Assembly (NCBI RefSeq): GCF_036365525.1
Contig: NC_090414.1
Span: forward strand, 20,793,846-20,857,845
Length of the DNA: 64,000 nt
From: Heterodontus francisci
Taxonomy: Eukaryota
Direction of reading: 5' to 3'
Shown here: positions 36,572 to 49,462 of the stretch, piece by piece
How positions within the stretch are numbered: the stretch's first letter is position 1
Layout of the letters: each line of letters begins with the position of its first letter
Made by a program: the position numbers and the translations under genes
Notes under the pieces: generated by a model
Seen by the model: only the letters and a program-made list of their open reading frames with translations
The model's database searches: none
Told to the model about the DNA's origin: nothing

Positions 36572-38972
36572 GCTGACCGGGGGGATCACACTGACCGGGG
36601 GGATCACACTGACCGGGGGGGGAATCACACTGACCGGGGGGGGGGGATCACACTGACCGGGGGGATCACACTGACCGGGGGGCATCACACTGACCGGGGG
36701 GATCACACTGACCGGGGGGATCACACTGACCGGGGGGATCACACTGACCAGGGGGGATATTACTGACCGGGGGGAATCACACTGACCGGGGGATCACACT
36801 GACCGGGGGATCACACTGACCGGGGGGGATATTACTGACCAGGGGGATCACACTGACCGGGGGGATCACACTGACCAGGGGGGATCACACTGACCAGGGG
36901 GGATATTACTGACCGGGGGGAATCACACTGACCAGGGGGATCACACTGACCAGGGGGGATATTACTGACCGGGGGGAATCACACTGACCAGGGGGATCAC
37001 ACAGACCCGGGGATCACACTGACCGGGGGGGGGGTCACACTGACCGGGGGGGGATCACACTGACCAGGGGGGATCACACTGACCGGGGGATCACACTGAC
37101 CGGGGGGGGGATCACACTGACCGGGGGGGGATCACACTGACCAGGGGGGATCACACTGACCGGGGGATCACACTGACCGGGGGGGGGATCACACTGACCG
37201 GGGGGATCACACTGACCAGGGGGATCACACTGACCAGGGGGGATCACACTGACCGGGGGAATCACACTGACCGGGGGGGGGATCACACTGACCGGGGGGA
37301 TCACACTGACCAGGGGGGATATTACTGACCGGGGGGAATCACACTGACCAGGGGGATCACACTGACCGGGGGGATCACACTGACCGGGGGGGTGGGGATC
37401 ACACTGACCGGGGGGGTCACACAGACCCGGGGATCACACTGACCGGGGGGGGGGGGTCACACTGACCGGGAGGGGGATCACACTGACCGGGGGGGGATCA
37501 CACTGACCAGGGGGGATCACACTGACCGGGGGATCACACTGACCGGGGGGGGATCACACTGACCAGGGGGGATCACACTGACCGGGGGGGGATCACACTG
37601 ACCGGGGGGGATCACACTGACCGGGGGGGGGGGATCACACTGACCGGGGGGATCACACTGACCGGGGGATCACACTGACCGGGGGGATCACACTGACCGG
37701 GGGGGATCACACTGACCGGGGGGTGGGGATCACACTGACCGGGGGGGTCACACTGACCCGGGGATCACACTGACCGGGGGGATCACACTGACCCGGGGAT
37801 CACACTGACCGGGGGGATCACACTGACCGGGGGGGATCACACTGACCGGGGGGGATCACACTGACCGGGGGGATCACACAGACCCGGGGATCACACTGAC
37901 CGGGGGGGATCAAACAGACCCGGGGATCACACTGACCGGGGGGATCAAACAGACCCGGGGATCACACTGACCGGGGGGATCACACTGACCGGGTGGGATC
38001 ACACAGACCCGGGGATCACACTGACCGGGGATCACACTGACCCGGGGATCACACTGACCGGGGGGATCACACTGACCCGGGGATCACACTGACCAGGGGA
38101 TCACACTGACCAGGGGATCACACTGACCGGGGGATCACACTGACCAGGGGGGTGGGGATCACACTGACCGGCGGGGTCACACAGACCCGGGGATCACACT
38201 GACCGGGGGGATCAAACAGACCCGGGGATCACACTGACCGGGGGGGATCACACTGACCGGGTGGGATCACACAGACCCGGGGATCACACTGACCGGGGGG
38301 AATCACACTGACCGGGGGGGGGGATCACACTGACCGGGGGGATCACACAGACCCGGGGATCACACTGACCGGGGATCACACTGACCGGGGGGATCACACT
38401 GACCCGGGGATCACACTGACCAGGGGATCACACTGACCAGGGGATCACACTGACCGGGGGGGATCACACTGACCGGGGGGGTGGGGATCACACTGACCGG
38501 GGGGGTCACACAGACCCGGGGATCACACTGACCAGGGGGATCAAACAGACCCGGGGATCACACTGACCGGGGGGATCACACAGACCGGGGATCACACTGA
38601 CCGGGGGGGATCACACTGACCGGGTGGGATCACACAGACCCGGGGATCACACTGACCGGGGGGAATCACACTGACCGGGGGGGGGGATCACACTGACCGG
38701 GGGGATCACACAGACCGGGGATCACACTGACCGGGGGGGATCACACTGACCGGGGGGATCACACAGACCCGGGGATCACACTGACCGGGGGGGATCACAC
38801 TGACTGGGGGATCACACTGACCGGGGGGGATCACACTGACCGGGGGGGGGGATCACACTGACCGGGGGGGATCACACTGACCGGGGGGGGGGATCACACT
38901 GACCGGGGGGAATCACACAGACCCGGGGATCACACTGACCGGGGGGGATCACACTGACCGGGGGGGGGGGGT
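36572..38972. repeat. ~19-bp minisatellite with variable G run
   Basis: Unit GATCACACTGACC(G)4-10. Confidence 0.96.
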
Positions 38973-41745
38973 GGTGACAGATTCAACACTAACTCTGTCT
39001 CTGTTACCTCACAACTGAAACTCTAGAATTCACTCCACTCGGTCCACTAGCCCAACCTCAAATCCTGTCTGATTGTTGTCGGATAGTGAAGGGGGAAGCA
39101 GCCCTCAATAATCTCCCTCCCTCACCCCATCCCCTTCTCCCTCCCCTACCTCCCCCTCCTCCCTCTCCTCTCCCTCCCCCCCTCCTCCCTCTCCTCTCCT
39201 CTCCCTCCCCCCGTCCTCCCTCTCCTCTCCCTTCCCCCCTCCTCTCCCTCCCCCCCTCCTCCCTCTCCTCTACCTCCTCCCTCTCCTCTCCCCTCTCCCC
39301 CCTCCCCCATCTCCTCTCCCCTCTCCTCCTCCTCTCCTCGCCATCTCCTCTCCTCCCCCTCTCTCCCTCCCTCCGTTGTTGGTCTGTTTAGAATCTGACA
39401 CAACTGAATGAACACTGAGCACGGCCCCGCAACCAGACACCAAAGTGTTAACACTGCTTGTTTGACATCTGTTATTAGCTGAGAGTTAAAGGAAACCAGG
39501 TGGGAGTAGGCAGGGTCTGAACTGTTTGGCAAACACACAGGAATTCCGAACTGCAGCGAGGGAGAGGACGGAACAGGAGAGACAGAAAGAGGANNNNNNN
39601 NNNNNNNNNNNNNNNNNNNNNNNNNNNNNNNNNNNNNNNNNNNNNNNNNNNNNNNNNNNNNNNNNNNNNNNNNNNNNNNNNNNNNNNNNNNNNNNNNNNN
39701 NNNNNNNNNNNNNNNNNNNNNNNNNNNNNNNNNNNNNNNNNNNNNNNNNNNNNNNNNNNNNNNNNNNNNNNNNNNNNNNNNNNNNNNNNNNNNNNNNNNN
39801 NNNNNNNNNNNNNNNNNNNNNNNNNNNNNNNNNNNNNNNNNNNNNNNAGAGACAGAGACACAGGAGAGACAGAGACACAGAGCAGAGAGAGACAGACAGA
39901 CATAGGAGAGAGACAGAGANNNNNNNNNNNNNNNNNNNNNNNNNNNNNNNNNNNNNNNNNNNNNNNNNNNNNNNNNNNNNNNNNNNNNNNNNNNNNNNNN
40001 NNNNNNNNNNNNNNNNNNNNNNNNNNNNNNNNNNNNNNNNNNNNNNNNNNNNNNNNNNNNNNNNNNNNNNNNNNNNNNNNNNNNNNNNNNNNNNNNNNNN
40101 NNNNNNNNNNNNNNNNNNNNNNNNNNNNNNNNNNNNNNNNNNNNNNNNNNNNNNNNNNNNNNNNNNNNNNNNNNNNNNNNNNNNNNNNNNNNNNNNNNNC
40201 CTCGACCACACATCTACATGAATTAGTTCATGAATCAGGACCTCCCACTCAACTGACTATTTTCTCACTGTAGTAATCTGGAGCTGACCTGTTTTATCTT
40301 CACACTGTGCAAACCTTCCACTGGTGAGTACTTTTTAAAATTAGCTCTCTTTCCGAACGGGGGGGAAACGGGTCACTCGAGGTTGCTGGTGAGAACTACA
40401 GGGGGTTTCTCATTTGGGGAAGTCTTGGTGGGAGAGGCGGACCGAAATGCTCCCAGTTTCAGGCCAGGAAGGTTCCAGAGGACGACTCTTTGGAGAGACT
40501 CCCTCTACACTGAGAGTTCTAAGCAATATGACAGCCTCCAGCATCAGACTAAGGACAGTTATTAGATTGTACGGACTGATAGGCAGATTCCTTCACTTAG
40601 TGCTTAGTTTCCAGATGTTTAAATACCATCGCTGGATTGTCCCTTTTAAATAACGCTGTTATTAATAATAGCAAGTTATATCATGAGAGGGAGCTCTCTC
40701 TCTCTGACTCTCAGTAAAGGTAACACTTCTCTTAGTCATGATAACATGTCTATTCGGAAAGATAAGATGTCTCTCTCAGTAAAGATAACCGGTTTCCCTC
40801 TGTCAAGATAATAAGATACTGGATGCTCTAGGGGCAGGAGTGAGCGGGGGGTTATATTATAGAGTATAGAGGGATCTTTACTCTGTATCTACTCTGGGCT
40901 GGATGGGAGGGAGCTGGTTACTGGTGTGAGTTATATGCTCCTGAGTTTAGGCGAGGCACTGGTCCGTACTTGCATGAGGACTGTGGCAGGGAGTGGATTC
41001 CTGCCCATTGAACCCTCCCTGTGTCTGCCTGCTTGTGGCCTGTAGCATTGCGGTGTCACCGGCAGTGGTTAGGGAACCTGCTGCCACTTGCCCAGGAGCC
41101 GTGCACCGAGCTGCGAGTGCAGGGAGTTGAGGAGCGGCTTGGAAAGAGGAAGTGCTGCGGTCAGGAAGAAACGACATTTTTATATAGAGAGGCAAAGAAA
41201 GCCCCTTTCGCCACCTCGGGACATCCCAAAGCCCTTCCCAGCCTCCTTGCTAAAGCCACTGTCGTAATGTGGGTCAAGGTGGCAGCAGCTGGTTTGCGCA
41301 CAGCAAGATCCCAATTGGCCCGCCCTCGTTGGCCGCTTAGGCGCCCTGCTTTATGCCTGTGGGGCCTGTCATGGCGTCAATTTTTCTCAAGGCCCGAGGC
41401 TTTTCTTCGTACCACTGTGGTCTGGATTTGCTTGGTGGTCTGAAGGTGAAAGGTCACATCCATAAGGTATGTTGGGGTGGGTGTTGAGAGGGTGGGGGGG
41501 GGGGGGGGGGGGGGGGGCGGGGGAGGGGGGGTAATTATACCATCACTGATCGACCAGGCAGGAAACTGGCAGCTTCCAAGCTTCCGATCTTACCAGGGCT
41601 TTCAGCCCAGAGGAGAAGAGCGCACTGGTCTGACCTGTCGCGAGTCATGTGTCGCGCAGCCTGTTTACGAGCCCTTCACTCACGCCGTTGCCCTCTGGTT
41701 TCAGGGTCAGAATCTGCAGCCTAGCCCCCCCCCCCCCGAGGTACG

Positions 41746-41826
41746 ATGCTGGTTCTGGGCCTGCTGCTTGCCCTGGGCCTACGTGCAGCTATTTCACAGC
41801 AGGTTGAGGAAGCTGTCACCTATACG
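41746..41826 (+). CDS. EFEMP2: Fibulin-4 first coding exon (signal peptide)
   Basis: MLVLGLLLALGLRAAISQQVEEAVTYT|gtaag; ten exons sum to 1335 nt = 444 aa + stop. Confidence 0.85.
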
Positions 41827-42956
41827 GTAAGACTCCACCGGGGCCTCTCCTGCTCACTCTGCCCGTCACGCGGATCCCCTGGGAACACACTGGCACACTG
41901 CTCCTTTCACGAGCAGCCCCGGGCCTGGGTCTCGGCTGCGGCCTTGAGCCTCCAAGCAAACATTCCCCAAACCAAGCAAACACGCGGTAAGGCCTCTGCC
42001 TGCAGCCTCTGAAAGGCTGTTCGCCCCGGTTCGAAGGTTGTGGGTTTTCGTGCCCCACCCCAGAAACCTGAGCTCCATCCTACACTGCCGGTGCCGGTAC
42101 TGAGGGAGTGCTGCACTGTCGGGGGTGCCGTCTTTCAGACGAGACGTTAAACCGAGGCCGCCGTCTGGCCTCTCGGGTGGATGTAAAAGATCCCACAACC
42201 AATGCAGCACCTGTTTTATTTTGAAGTGCAGTCACTGTCGTAAAAGTAGGAAATGGCGACAGCCAGTTTGCGCACAGCAAGATCCCAGAAGCAGCAAGGT
42301 GATAACGACCCGGATCATCTGCTTTTTAACAATGTGGGTTGAGGGACAAATATTGGCCCCAGGGCACCGGGGAGAACTCCCCCCACCCCCCCACACCACC
42401 CCGGGGATCCCTGCCCAAGCAGCTCTCTGGGCAAATTACTGCCACAAACTGTAATCCTCCCCTTGCCCGAGTCAGGGCTCAACCACGTCACCTCACTGTT
42501 AATTTACAGTTTCCTTTGAACAGCTTGTTGACTGTTCTGTTCTCAAAACCCTGTGCAAACAAATTGGCCCATGTTTCCTGTCTCAAGTATGTGCACCACT
42601 CAGGGTTGCCAACTCCACTTGGATGCGTTCCTGGAGGTTTCGTCACATGCCTCCAACGTGCTCCGCCCCCCAGCCTCCTGCCATTGGTCGCCTGACCTGC
42701 CCGTCCTCACGGTGCCCTGTCTGCCCGACCAATCGGAAAGCTCTTGCGCGCCCGATTGGAGGGTCTTGTGTTTGTTTTTTTTTTGCCCAGGTCCGATTTT
42801 TTTTTAAAATGTTTTTTTTTGCAATTGCTAAATGGAAGTGCCCAAAAGGAATAAAAATAGAGTTGCTGATTCCCTGCCATGCTCTACCCACCCTGCACAA
42901 CCGCTGCTGTTTGCCCGGCTTCCAGGGAGCGGACAATAACTTGTTTCTTTCTGCAG

Positions 42957-43005
42957 GAATGCACTGATGGTTATGAATGGGATCACGAGAGGCAGCACTG
43001 TCGAG
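42957..43005 (+). CDS. EFEMP2: EFEMP2 coding exon 2
   Basis: ECTDGYEWDHERQHCR. Confidence 0.93.
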
Positions 43006-43099
43006 GTGAGTGAGGCCGATTCACGTCGAGAGTGCAGGAATCATCTCGGTACAAACCAACACAACAAATCACCTCCCCCCCCACCGGTGACTACGTCAC

Positions 43100-44190
43100 A
43101 GAAGGAGTCCATTCGGCCCATCATCTCTGTGTTGGCTCTTTGAAAGATCTGTCCAATCAGTCCCACTCCCTCTCCCCGCTCTTTCCCCCATATCCCTGCA
43201 AATTTCTCATGTATTTCTCCAATTCCCCTTTTGAAAGTTACTATTGAATCTGCTTCCACCGCCCTTTCAGGCAGCGCGTTCCAGATCACAACAACTGGCT
43301 GCGTTAAAACAAAAACAAATTCTCCTCCCCCCCCCCCCCCTCTCTGGTTCTTTCACCAATTATCTTCAATCTGTGTCCCTCTGGTTACCGACCCTCCTGC
43401 CACCGGAAACAGTTTCTCCTCTTTTACTCCATCAAAACCCTTCCCGATTGTGAACGCCTCGATTAAATTTCCCCTTAACCTGCTCTGCTCGAAGGAGAAC
43501 AATCCCAGCTTCTCCCGGTCTCTCCACGTTAACTGAAGTCCCTCATCCCTGGGACCACTCCAGTAAATCTCCCTCCGTACCCTCGCACAGGAGTAAAGAT
43601 GTCTCGCTGCAGTTGTATAGAGCCTTGGTGAGACCACACCTGGAGTATTGTGTACAGTTTTGGTCTCCCTACCTGAGGAAGGATATACTTGCCATAGAGG
43701 GAGTGCAACAGAGGTTCACCCAGACTAATTCCCGGGGGATGGCGGGATTGAGGAGAGACTGGGGAGACTGGGCCTGTATTCTGTAGAGTTTCAATGAATG
43801 AGAGGTGACCTCATTGAAGCATACACGATTCTTACAGGACTCAACAAGGTTGTTGCAGGAAGGATGTTTCCCCTGGTTGAGGTGGTCGAAAACCAGGGGA
43901 GACAGTCTCAGAATGAGGGGTCATTCAGGACTGAGATGAGGAGGAATTTCTTCACTCAGTTGGGGGGGTGAATCTGTGGAATTCTCTACCCCTGAGGGCT
44001 ATGGAGGCTCAGTCATTGATTATATTCAAGACAGAGATCCATAGATTTCTCGATATTAAAGACATCGAGGGATAGGGGGGAAAGTGCGGGAAAACGGCGT
44101 TGAGGTGGATCAGCCATGCTCCGATTGAATGGCGGAGCAGGCTCGAGGGGCTGAATGGCCTACTCCTGCTCCTATTTCCTACGTTCCTCC
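43100..44190. mobile_element. Two oppositely oriented CR1-type LINE 3' fragments
   Basis: Minus: IWNALPERAVEADSIVTFK; plus 43610-44190: [13 protein letters not shown]-type remnant. Confidence 0.65.
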
Positions 44191-44428
44191 AAGTGTCCTC
44201 AATGCCCGGGAAACCCAGTGTGCGGGAATTCAGTTTTAAAACTGTGGTAACTTTTAATGGAAACTGTGTTATGTATTTCTAAACTGTCCCACCTCCAGAG
44301 AGAAGGTAAGTTTAAGTAAACGCCCCCCCCCCCTCCCCCACCCCCTCCCACAACCCGCCTGCGTTAAATCCCAACGCGTTTGAGAAGAAGCCCACCCGGG
44401 CGTCTGAACCATTATTGTTAATGTGCAG

Positions 44429-44668
44429 ATATAAACGAGTGCGAGACCATCCCGGGCGCCTGCAAAGGGGCAATGAAGTGCTTCAATCACTACGGAGGGT
44501 ACCTGTGTCTGCCTCGCTCTGCCTCCATCATCACCCACAACGACGTGCCAAGTGACCCGGCCGCGCCCCCGCTCATCGCCCTGGAGACGAGTCAGCAGCC
44601 GCCCCTGGCTAGCGGGGCCACAGCCTGTCCGCAAGGGTACAGCCCCGACCGGGAGGAGCAGTGCGTGG
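44429..44668 (+). CDS. EFEMP2: EFEMP2 coding exon 3 (modified cbEGF)
   Basis: [39 protein letters not shown]. Confidence 0.95.
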
Positions 44669-46224
44669 GTAAGCAGCCCCTGGCTGAGGACTGAGAGAGG
44701 GGAGGCGGATGAGGGGTGCGGTCGGCGAGGTTGAGAAAGGGGAGGACAGAAATAAACTTGGATTAAGACATTAATGACAGGAGCAGGGCTGAACCGTGGT
44801 TTCGGGAGGTTGACGTAAATCCTCTCAGCTGACCACGTGCTTTGCCCTCCCTTTCATTTGTGTTCACGGAACCTGCAATTTTCTCATTCAGCTCCCCCGC
44901 CCACCCCCTCGAGCCCCATTTAAAAATATCCAAACAGATTCACCTACCCCCGCCTCCTCTTCCCCCAACGTCTCCACACTGCCGAGTCAAAGCGAGGTTC
45001 TTTCAGCTGCCTCCAGCTCCCAGAAATACCACATCCTGTGGGATGTGCCAAACATAAAAATGATTTCCCTTTGGCTGGCAGCTCGGTAAACACTCCGAGC
45101 TTGCTGCGGACCTCAGCCGCATAAACATTAACCGTGCAAGAGCCGCACGGGGGCGGCGGTAAGAGGCCTTTCGGCCCCTCCAGCCCGTTCTGTCATTCGA
45201 TTAGATCGCGGCTGATCTGCATCTTAACTCCCATCTCCCCGCCTTTGGTTCCCTAACCCTTAATCCCCTCAGCCCCGACAAAAATCTATCTCACTTTTAA
45301 TATTTTCAATTGACCCCCCTGCAGACTCAACAGCTTTCTGGGGGGAGAGAGTTCCCGATTCCCACTCCCCTTTGTAAGAAGAAGTGTTTCCTGACATCAC
45401 CCCTGAACGGTCCTGCCCCCTTGTTCTGGACTCCCCCCCCCCCCCCCCCACCGACCAGAGGAAACAGTTTCTCTCTCCCGACCTGATCAAATCCTTTAAT
45501 CATCTTAAACCCCTCGATTAGAGCAACCCCCTTAATCTTCTATCCTCGGGGTATAAGCCCAAGTCTACGCTAATCCAGCACATCGGCCAGTGCGATTAAC
45601 TGGCCCTTTATCGTGTCTGTGTTTAGTGCGTCCGCTGTGAGTTCGAGCCCAGAGAGACACAAGCCCCATAATGTAGGCCGGTGCTCCCAGTGTTGGGCTG
45701 AGGGAGTGCTGCATTGTCAGACGTGCCGTCTCTTGGATGAGGCGTTAAACATGGGCCCCCGTCTGCCCCTCTCAGCTGGGTGTAAAAGCTGGCACACAGG
45801 AGGTGGGGGGTGTGGGGGGAGTTCTCCCGGTGCCCTGGGGCCAATATTTATCCCTCCACCAACATGACTATATAAAAAAAAAACCAGGCGATCTGGGTCG
45901 TTATCGAATTGCTGTTTGCGGGATCTTACTGTGCGCAAATCGGCTGCCGCGTTTCCCGTTGATTCAACTGTCTCAGGGCGCGTCAGAGCCAGTGAAGGAC
46001 TCTGTCTGACTTGCGGTCGCTGTCGTAGTGCAGGAAACATCTCATCTGAAAGGCGGCACCTCCGACAGTGCAGCACTCCCTCAGTGCTGCCACTGGGCCT
46101 GTCGGCTTGAACCATGAACTTGTGCCTCAGAGGTGAGAGAACGATGGCCACGGAGACAGTAGGGAGAGCTGGTGCTCCCACAGAAATAGGTTGTCTGACT
46201 GACCGACTGGATTCATTCACACAG

Positions 46225-46347
46225 ATGTCGACGAGTGTGAGCTGGACATCCACAGCTGCCAACCAAGTCAACAGTGCATCAACACCCTGGGAGGATATAA
46301 CTGCAAGTGTCCAGACGGGTATCAGCTGGTGGGCACGGAATGCATTG
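46225..46347 (+). CDS. EFEMP2: EFEMP2 coding exon 4 (cbEGF)
   Basis: VDECELDIHSCQPSQQCINTLGGYNCKCPDGY. Confidence 0.95.
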
Positions 46348-46369
46348 GTAAGCTACAAGCTTTTGTTTC

Positions 46370-47330
46370 TCATTCATTCTTGGGATGTGGGTGTCGCTGG
46401 CCAGGCCCAGCATTTATTGCCCATCCCTAATTGCCCTTGAGATGGTGGTGGTGAGCTGCCTTCTTGGACCGCTGCAGTCCGTGTGGGGTAGGTACACCCA
46501 CAGTGCTGTTAGGGAGGGAGTTCCAGGATTTTGACCCAGCGACAGTGAAAGAACGGCCGATATAGTTCCAAGTCAGGATGGTGTGTGACTTGGAGGGGAA
46601 CTTGCAGGTGGTGGTGTTCCCATGCATCTGCTGCCCTTGTCCTAGGTGGTAGAGGTCGCGGGTTTGGAAGGTGCTGTCTAAGGAGCCTTGGTGTGTTGCT
46701 GCAGTGCATCTTGTAGATGGTACACACTGCTGCCACTGTGTGTCGGTGGTGGAGGGAGTGAATGTTTGTAGATGGGGTGCCAATCAAGCTGGCTGCTTTG
46801 TCCTGGATGGTGTCGAGCTTCTTGAGTGTTGTTGGAGCTGCACCCATCCAGGCAAGTGGACAGTATTCCATCACACTCCTGACTTGTGCCTTGTAGATGG
46901 TGGACAGGCTTTGGGGAGTCAGGAGGTGAGTTACTCACCACAGAATTCCCAGCCTCTGACCTGCTCTTGTAGCCATGGTATTTATATGGCTACTCCAGTT
47001 CAGTTTCTGGTCAATGGTAACCCTAGGATGTTGATAGTGGGGGATTCGGAAATGGTAATGTTGTTGAATGTCAAGGGGATAATAAAAGCAAAATACTGCA
47101 GATGCTGGAAATCTGAAATAAAAACAAGAAATGCTGGAAATGCTCAGCAGGTCTGGGAGCATCTGTGGAGAAAGAAACAGAATTAACATTTCAGGTCAGT
47201 GACCTTTCATCAGAACTAGAAATGTAATAGGTTTTAAGCAAATAAAGCGGGGGTGGGGCAAGAGCTAACGGAAGGCAAAGTGAATGTCTTGGGGAGATGT
47301 TTAGATTCTCTCTTGTTGGAGATGGTCATT
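46370..47330 (-). mobile_element. CR1/L2-group LINE 3' fragment with a nested ~200-bp insertion
   Basis: MEYCPLAWMGAAPTTLKKLDTIQDKAA; second copy at ~63240-63870. Confidence 0.72.
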
Positions 47331-47627
47331 CGTACTGTTGCTAAGCAACAAGTTATTTTTGTCTGTAGAAGTTGCCAACAAGCTTTGAGCCCCTGCCTCC
47401 ACCTTTCGTGTCTGGGCTGGATTTGACCTGATGGCTCGGAGGTGAAAGGTCAATTTATGCGACACACAGGCCTAGTTCTGCTGGGTCGCTCCGCTGGGAG
47501 GGGTCAGAAGGGGGAGGTCGGAGCGATCCCAGAGATTGAATCTCCTCAAGGAGCCATCACTCGGATATTGCCCCACCTCCAAACACTCACTCACTCGCTC
47601 ACTCGCTCCTCCCGCCTTGTCTTTCAG

Positions 47628-47744
47628 ACATAAACGAGTGTCGCTTCAGGTACTGCCAGCACCGTTGTGTGAACTCACCAGGGTCATTCACGTGCCAGTG
47701 TGAACCAGGCTTCACGCTGGGGAGGGACAACCGCTCGTGTGTGG
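47628..47744 (+). CDS. EFEMP2: EFEMP2 coding exon 5 (cbEGF)
   Basis: [28 protein letters not shown]. Confidence 0.95.
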
Positions 47745-48377
47745 GTAAGTCCGCTGCTGTGCATCCCTCCTTCGCCCTCTGCCGTTCCGGCTTTCAAACA
47801 GAAACCCTTCTCTTCTCCGCCCAAAGCGAGACTGCAGACTCCGGCAGAAGGGCTACACTGAGCCTGGCCCATTCTCACCAGCCATCCCCGTCCAACTTCA
47901 ACCCACTCCCGGTCTGCTCCTGCTCTTTTGGTTGAAGAACCCCTTCTGGTCTGTTTGACGTGCTTCCTGACATCACCCCCCTAAATGGCCTGGCTCTAAG
48001 TTTAGGCTCTGCCCCCCACCCCTTCTTGTTCTGGACTCGCCCTCCCCCAACCAGTTTCTCTCTATCGACTCCTTTAATCATCTTAAACCCTCGATTAGAT
48101 CACCCCCTTAATCTTCTACCCTCGAGGAATAGAAGCCGATGGCAACCAGTCCTCGGAATTTAACCCCTTTTCGTCCCAGCATCATTCTGGTGAATCTGCA
48201 CTGCGGCCCCCCCTCCAGATTTAAAGGGACAGGCCAGCTTTTTTTGGAGACGCCGGCACCACTATTCACAGCTGGCCGCGTCAGTGGTCCTTTGAACGGT
48301 GGATACAAAAACCGCGCGCCACCAAAGCGCAGCAGGCCCCGGAACGCTCTGATATTGCAACGCTTCCCGTTTTACAG

Positions 48378-48497
48378 ATGTGAACGAGTGCGAGATGGGA
48401 GCCCGCTGTGACCAGCGCTGCATCAACACCTACGGAACGTTCCTCTGCCGCTGTGAGCAGGGCTACGAGCTGAGCAGCGACGGGCTGACCTGCCAAG
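48378..48497 (+). CDS. EFEMP2: EFEMP2 coding exon 6 (cbEGF), GC donor
   Basis: [39 protein letters not shown]; CAAG|GCAAGG. Confidence 0.88.
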
Positions 48498-49211
48498 GCA
48501 AGGACGAGTGCAGGAGAGGCAGCTACCCAACCGATAGGGTTGGAGGCCAAATGCGTTCCTGGCTGTGGGGGGAGGGGGGAGGCTGGACGGTTGGGCTGTC
48601 GGACATCCAGGGTGGGGGTGGGGTGGGTGAGGGGGCGGGAGGGGGTAATTACTGTTCCATGGGCCCCCAGGGCAGCTGAAGGCACGGCCGCCAATGGTGG
48701 AGCGACGGGAATCGGGGGGTGGACAAGAGGCCGGAATTGGAGGAGCGCAGAGATCTCGGAGGGTTGTGGGGGCTGGAGGAGGTGACAGAGATAGGGAGGG
48801 GGGGTGAGGAGGCCATGAAGGGATTTGAAAACAATTTTAAAATGGAGGCGTTGCAGGACCGGAGCCAAGGCCAGTCAGTGATCACAGGAGCGGGGTGATG
48901 GTGGGGGGGGGGGTTAGGATGGTGTTGAGTATGGCGGCCAAACATTTAGCCAACACTGCCCCTCTTGGCTTTGACATGTAGCTGGCAGTGGGGTGAGATA
49001 CTGGGAGGCGGGGAGAGGGGGTTCAGTGTTCTGTGTTCCAGCAAGGGTGTGTGTAGGGAGTGGTAAATTGTGCATGTCGGGAGTTGGAGGAGGGGAGGGG
49101 TGAGAGAAACAGGTTAAGTGCCAACCGTTGTGAAAAAGGCTATTTCTGCTGTACTTTTAACTTGCTGATCTCCCATCTCAACCCTCTCTCGCTGTCCTTT
49201 CTGTCAAGCAG

Positions 49212-49331
49212 ATATTGATGAGTGCAGCTACTCCAACTACTTGTGTCACTATCAGTGCGTGAATGAACCTGGCCGCTTCTCCTGTGTCTGTCCCGATGGG
49301 TACCAGCTTCTGGGTACCAGGATCTGCCAAG
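49212..49331 (+). CDS. EFEMP2: EFEMP2 coding exon 7 (cbEGF)
   Basis: [30 protein letters not shown]. Confidence 0.95.
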
Positions 49332-49462
49332 GTACAGTCAGTCCTCCTCCATTACTCAGCCCCTGATTTCAACCTAGATTTCTAAATGAGTTCTGAAAGG
49401 ATGTCGGTAAAATGGTCATGTTGAACTGTACCTCATTGGACCTCGCCAAGACTGTCCATCCG

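Noticed and set aside
40864-40891. Degenerate 70-bp satellite fragment as another insertion site
   Set aside because: Too short, ends before the target position, no poly(A).
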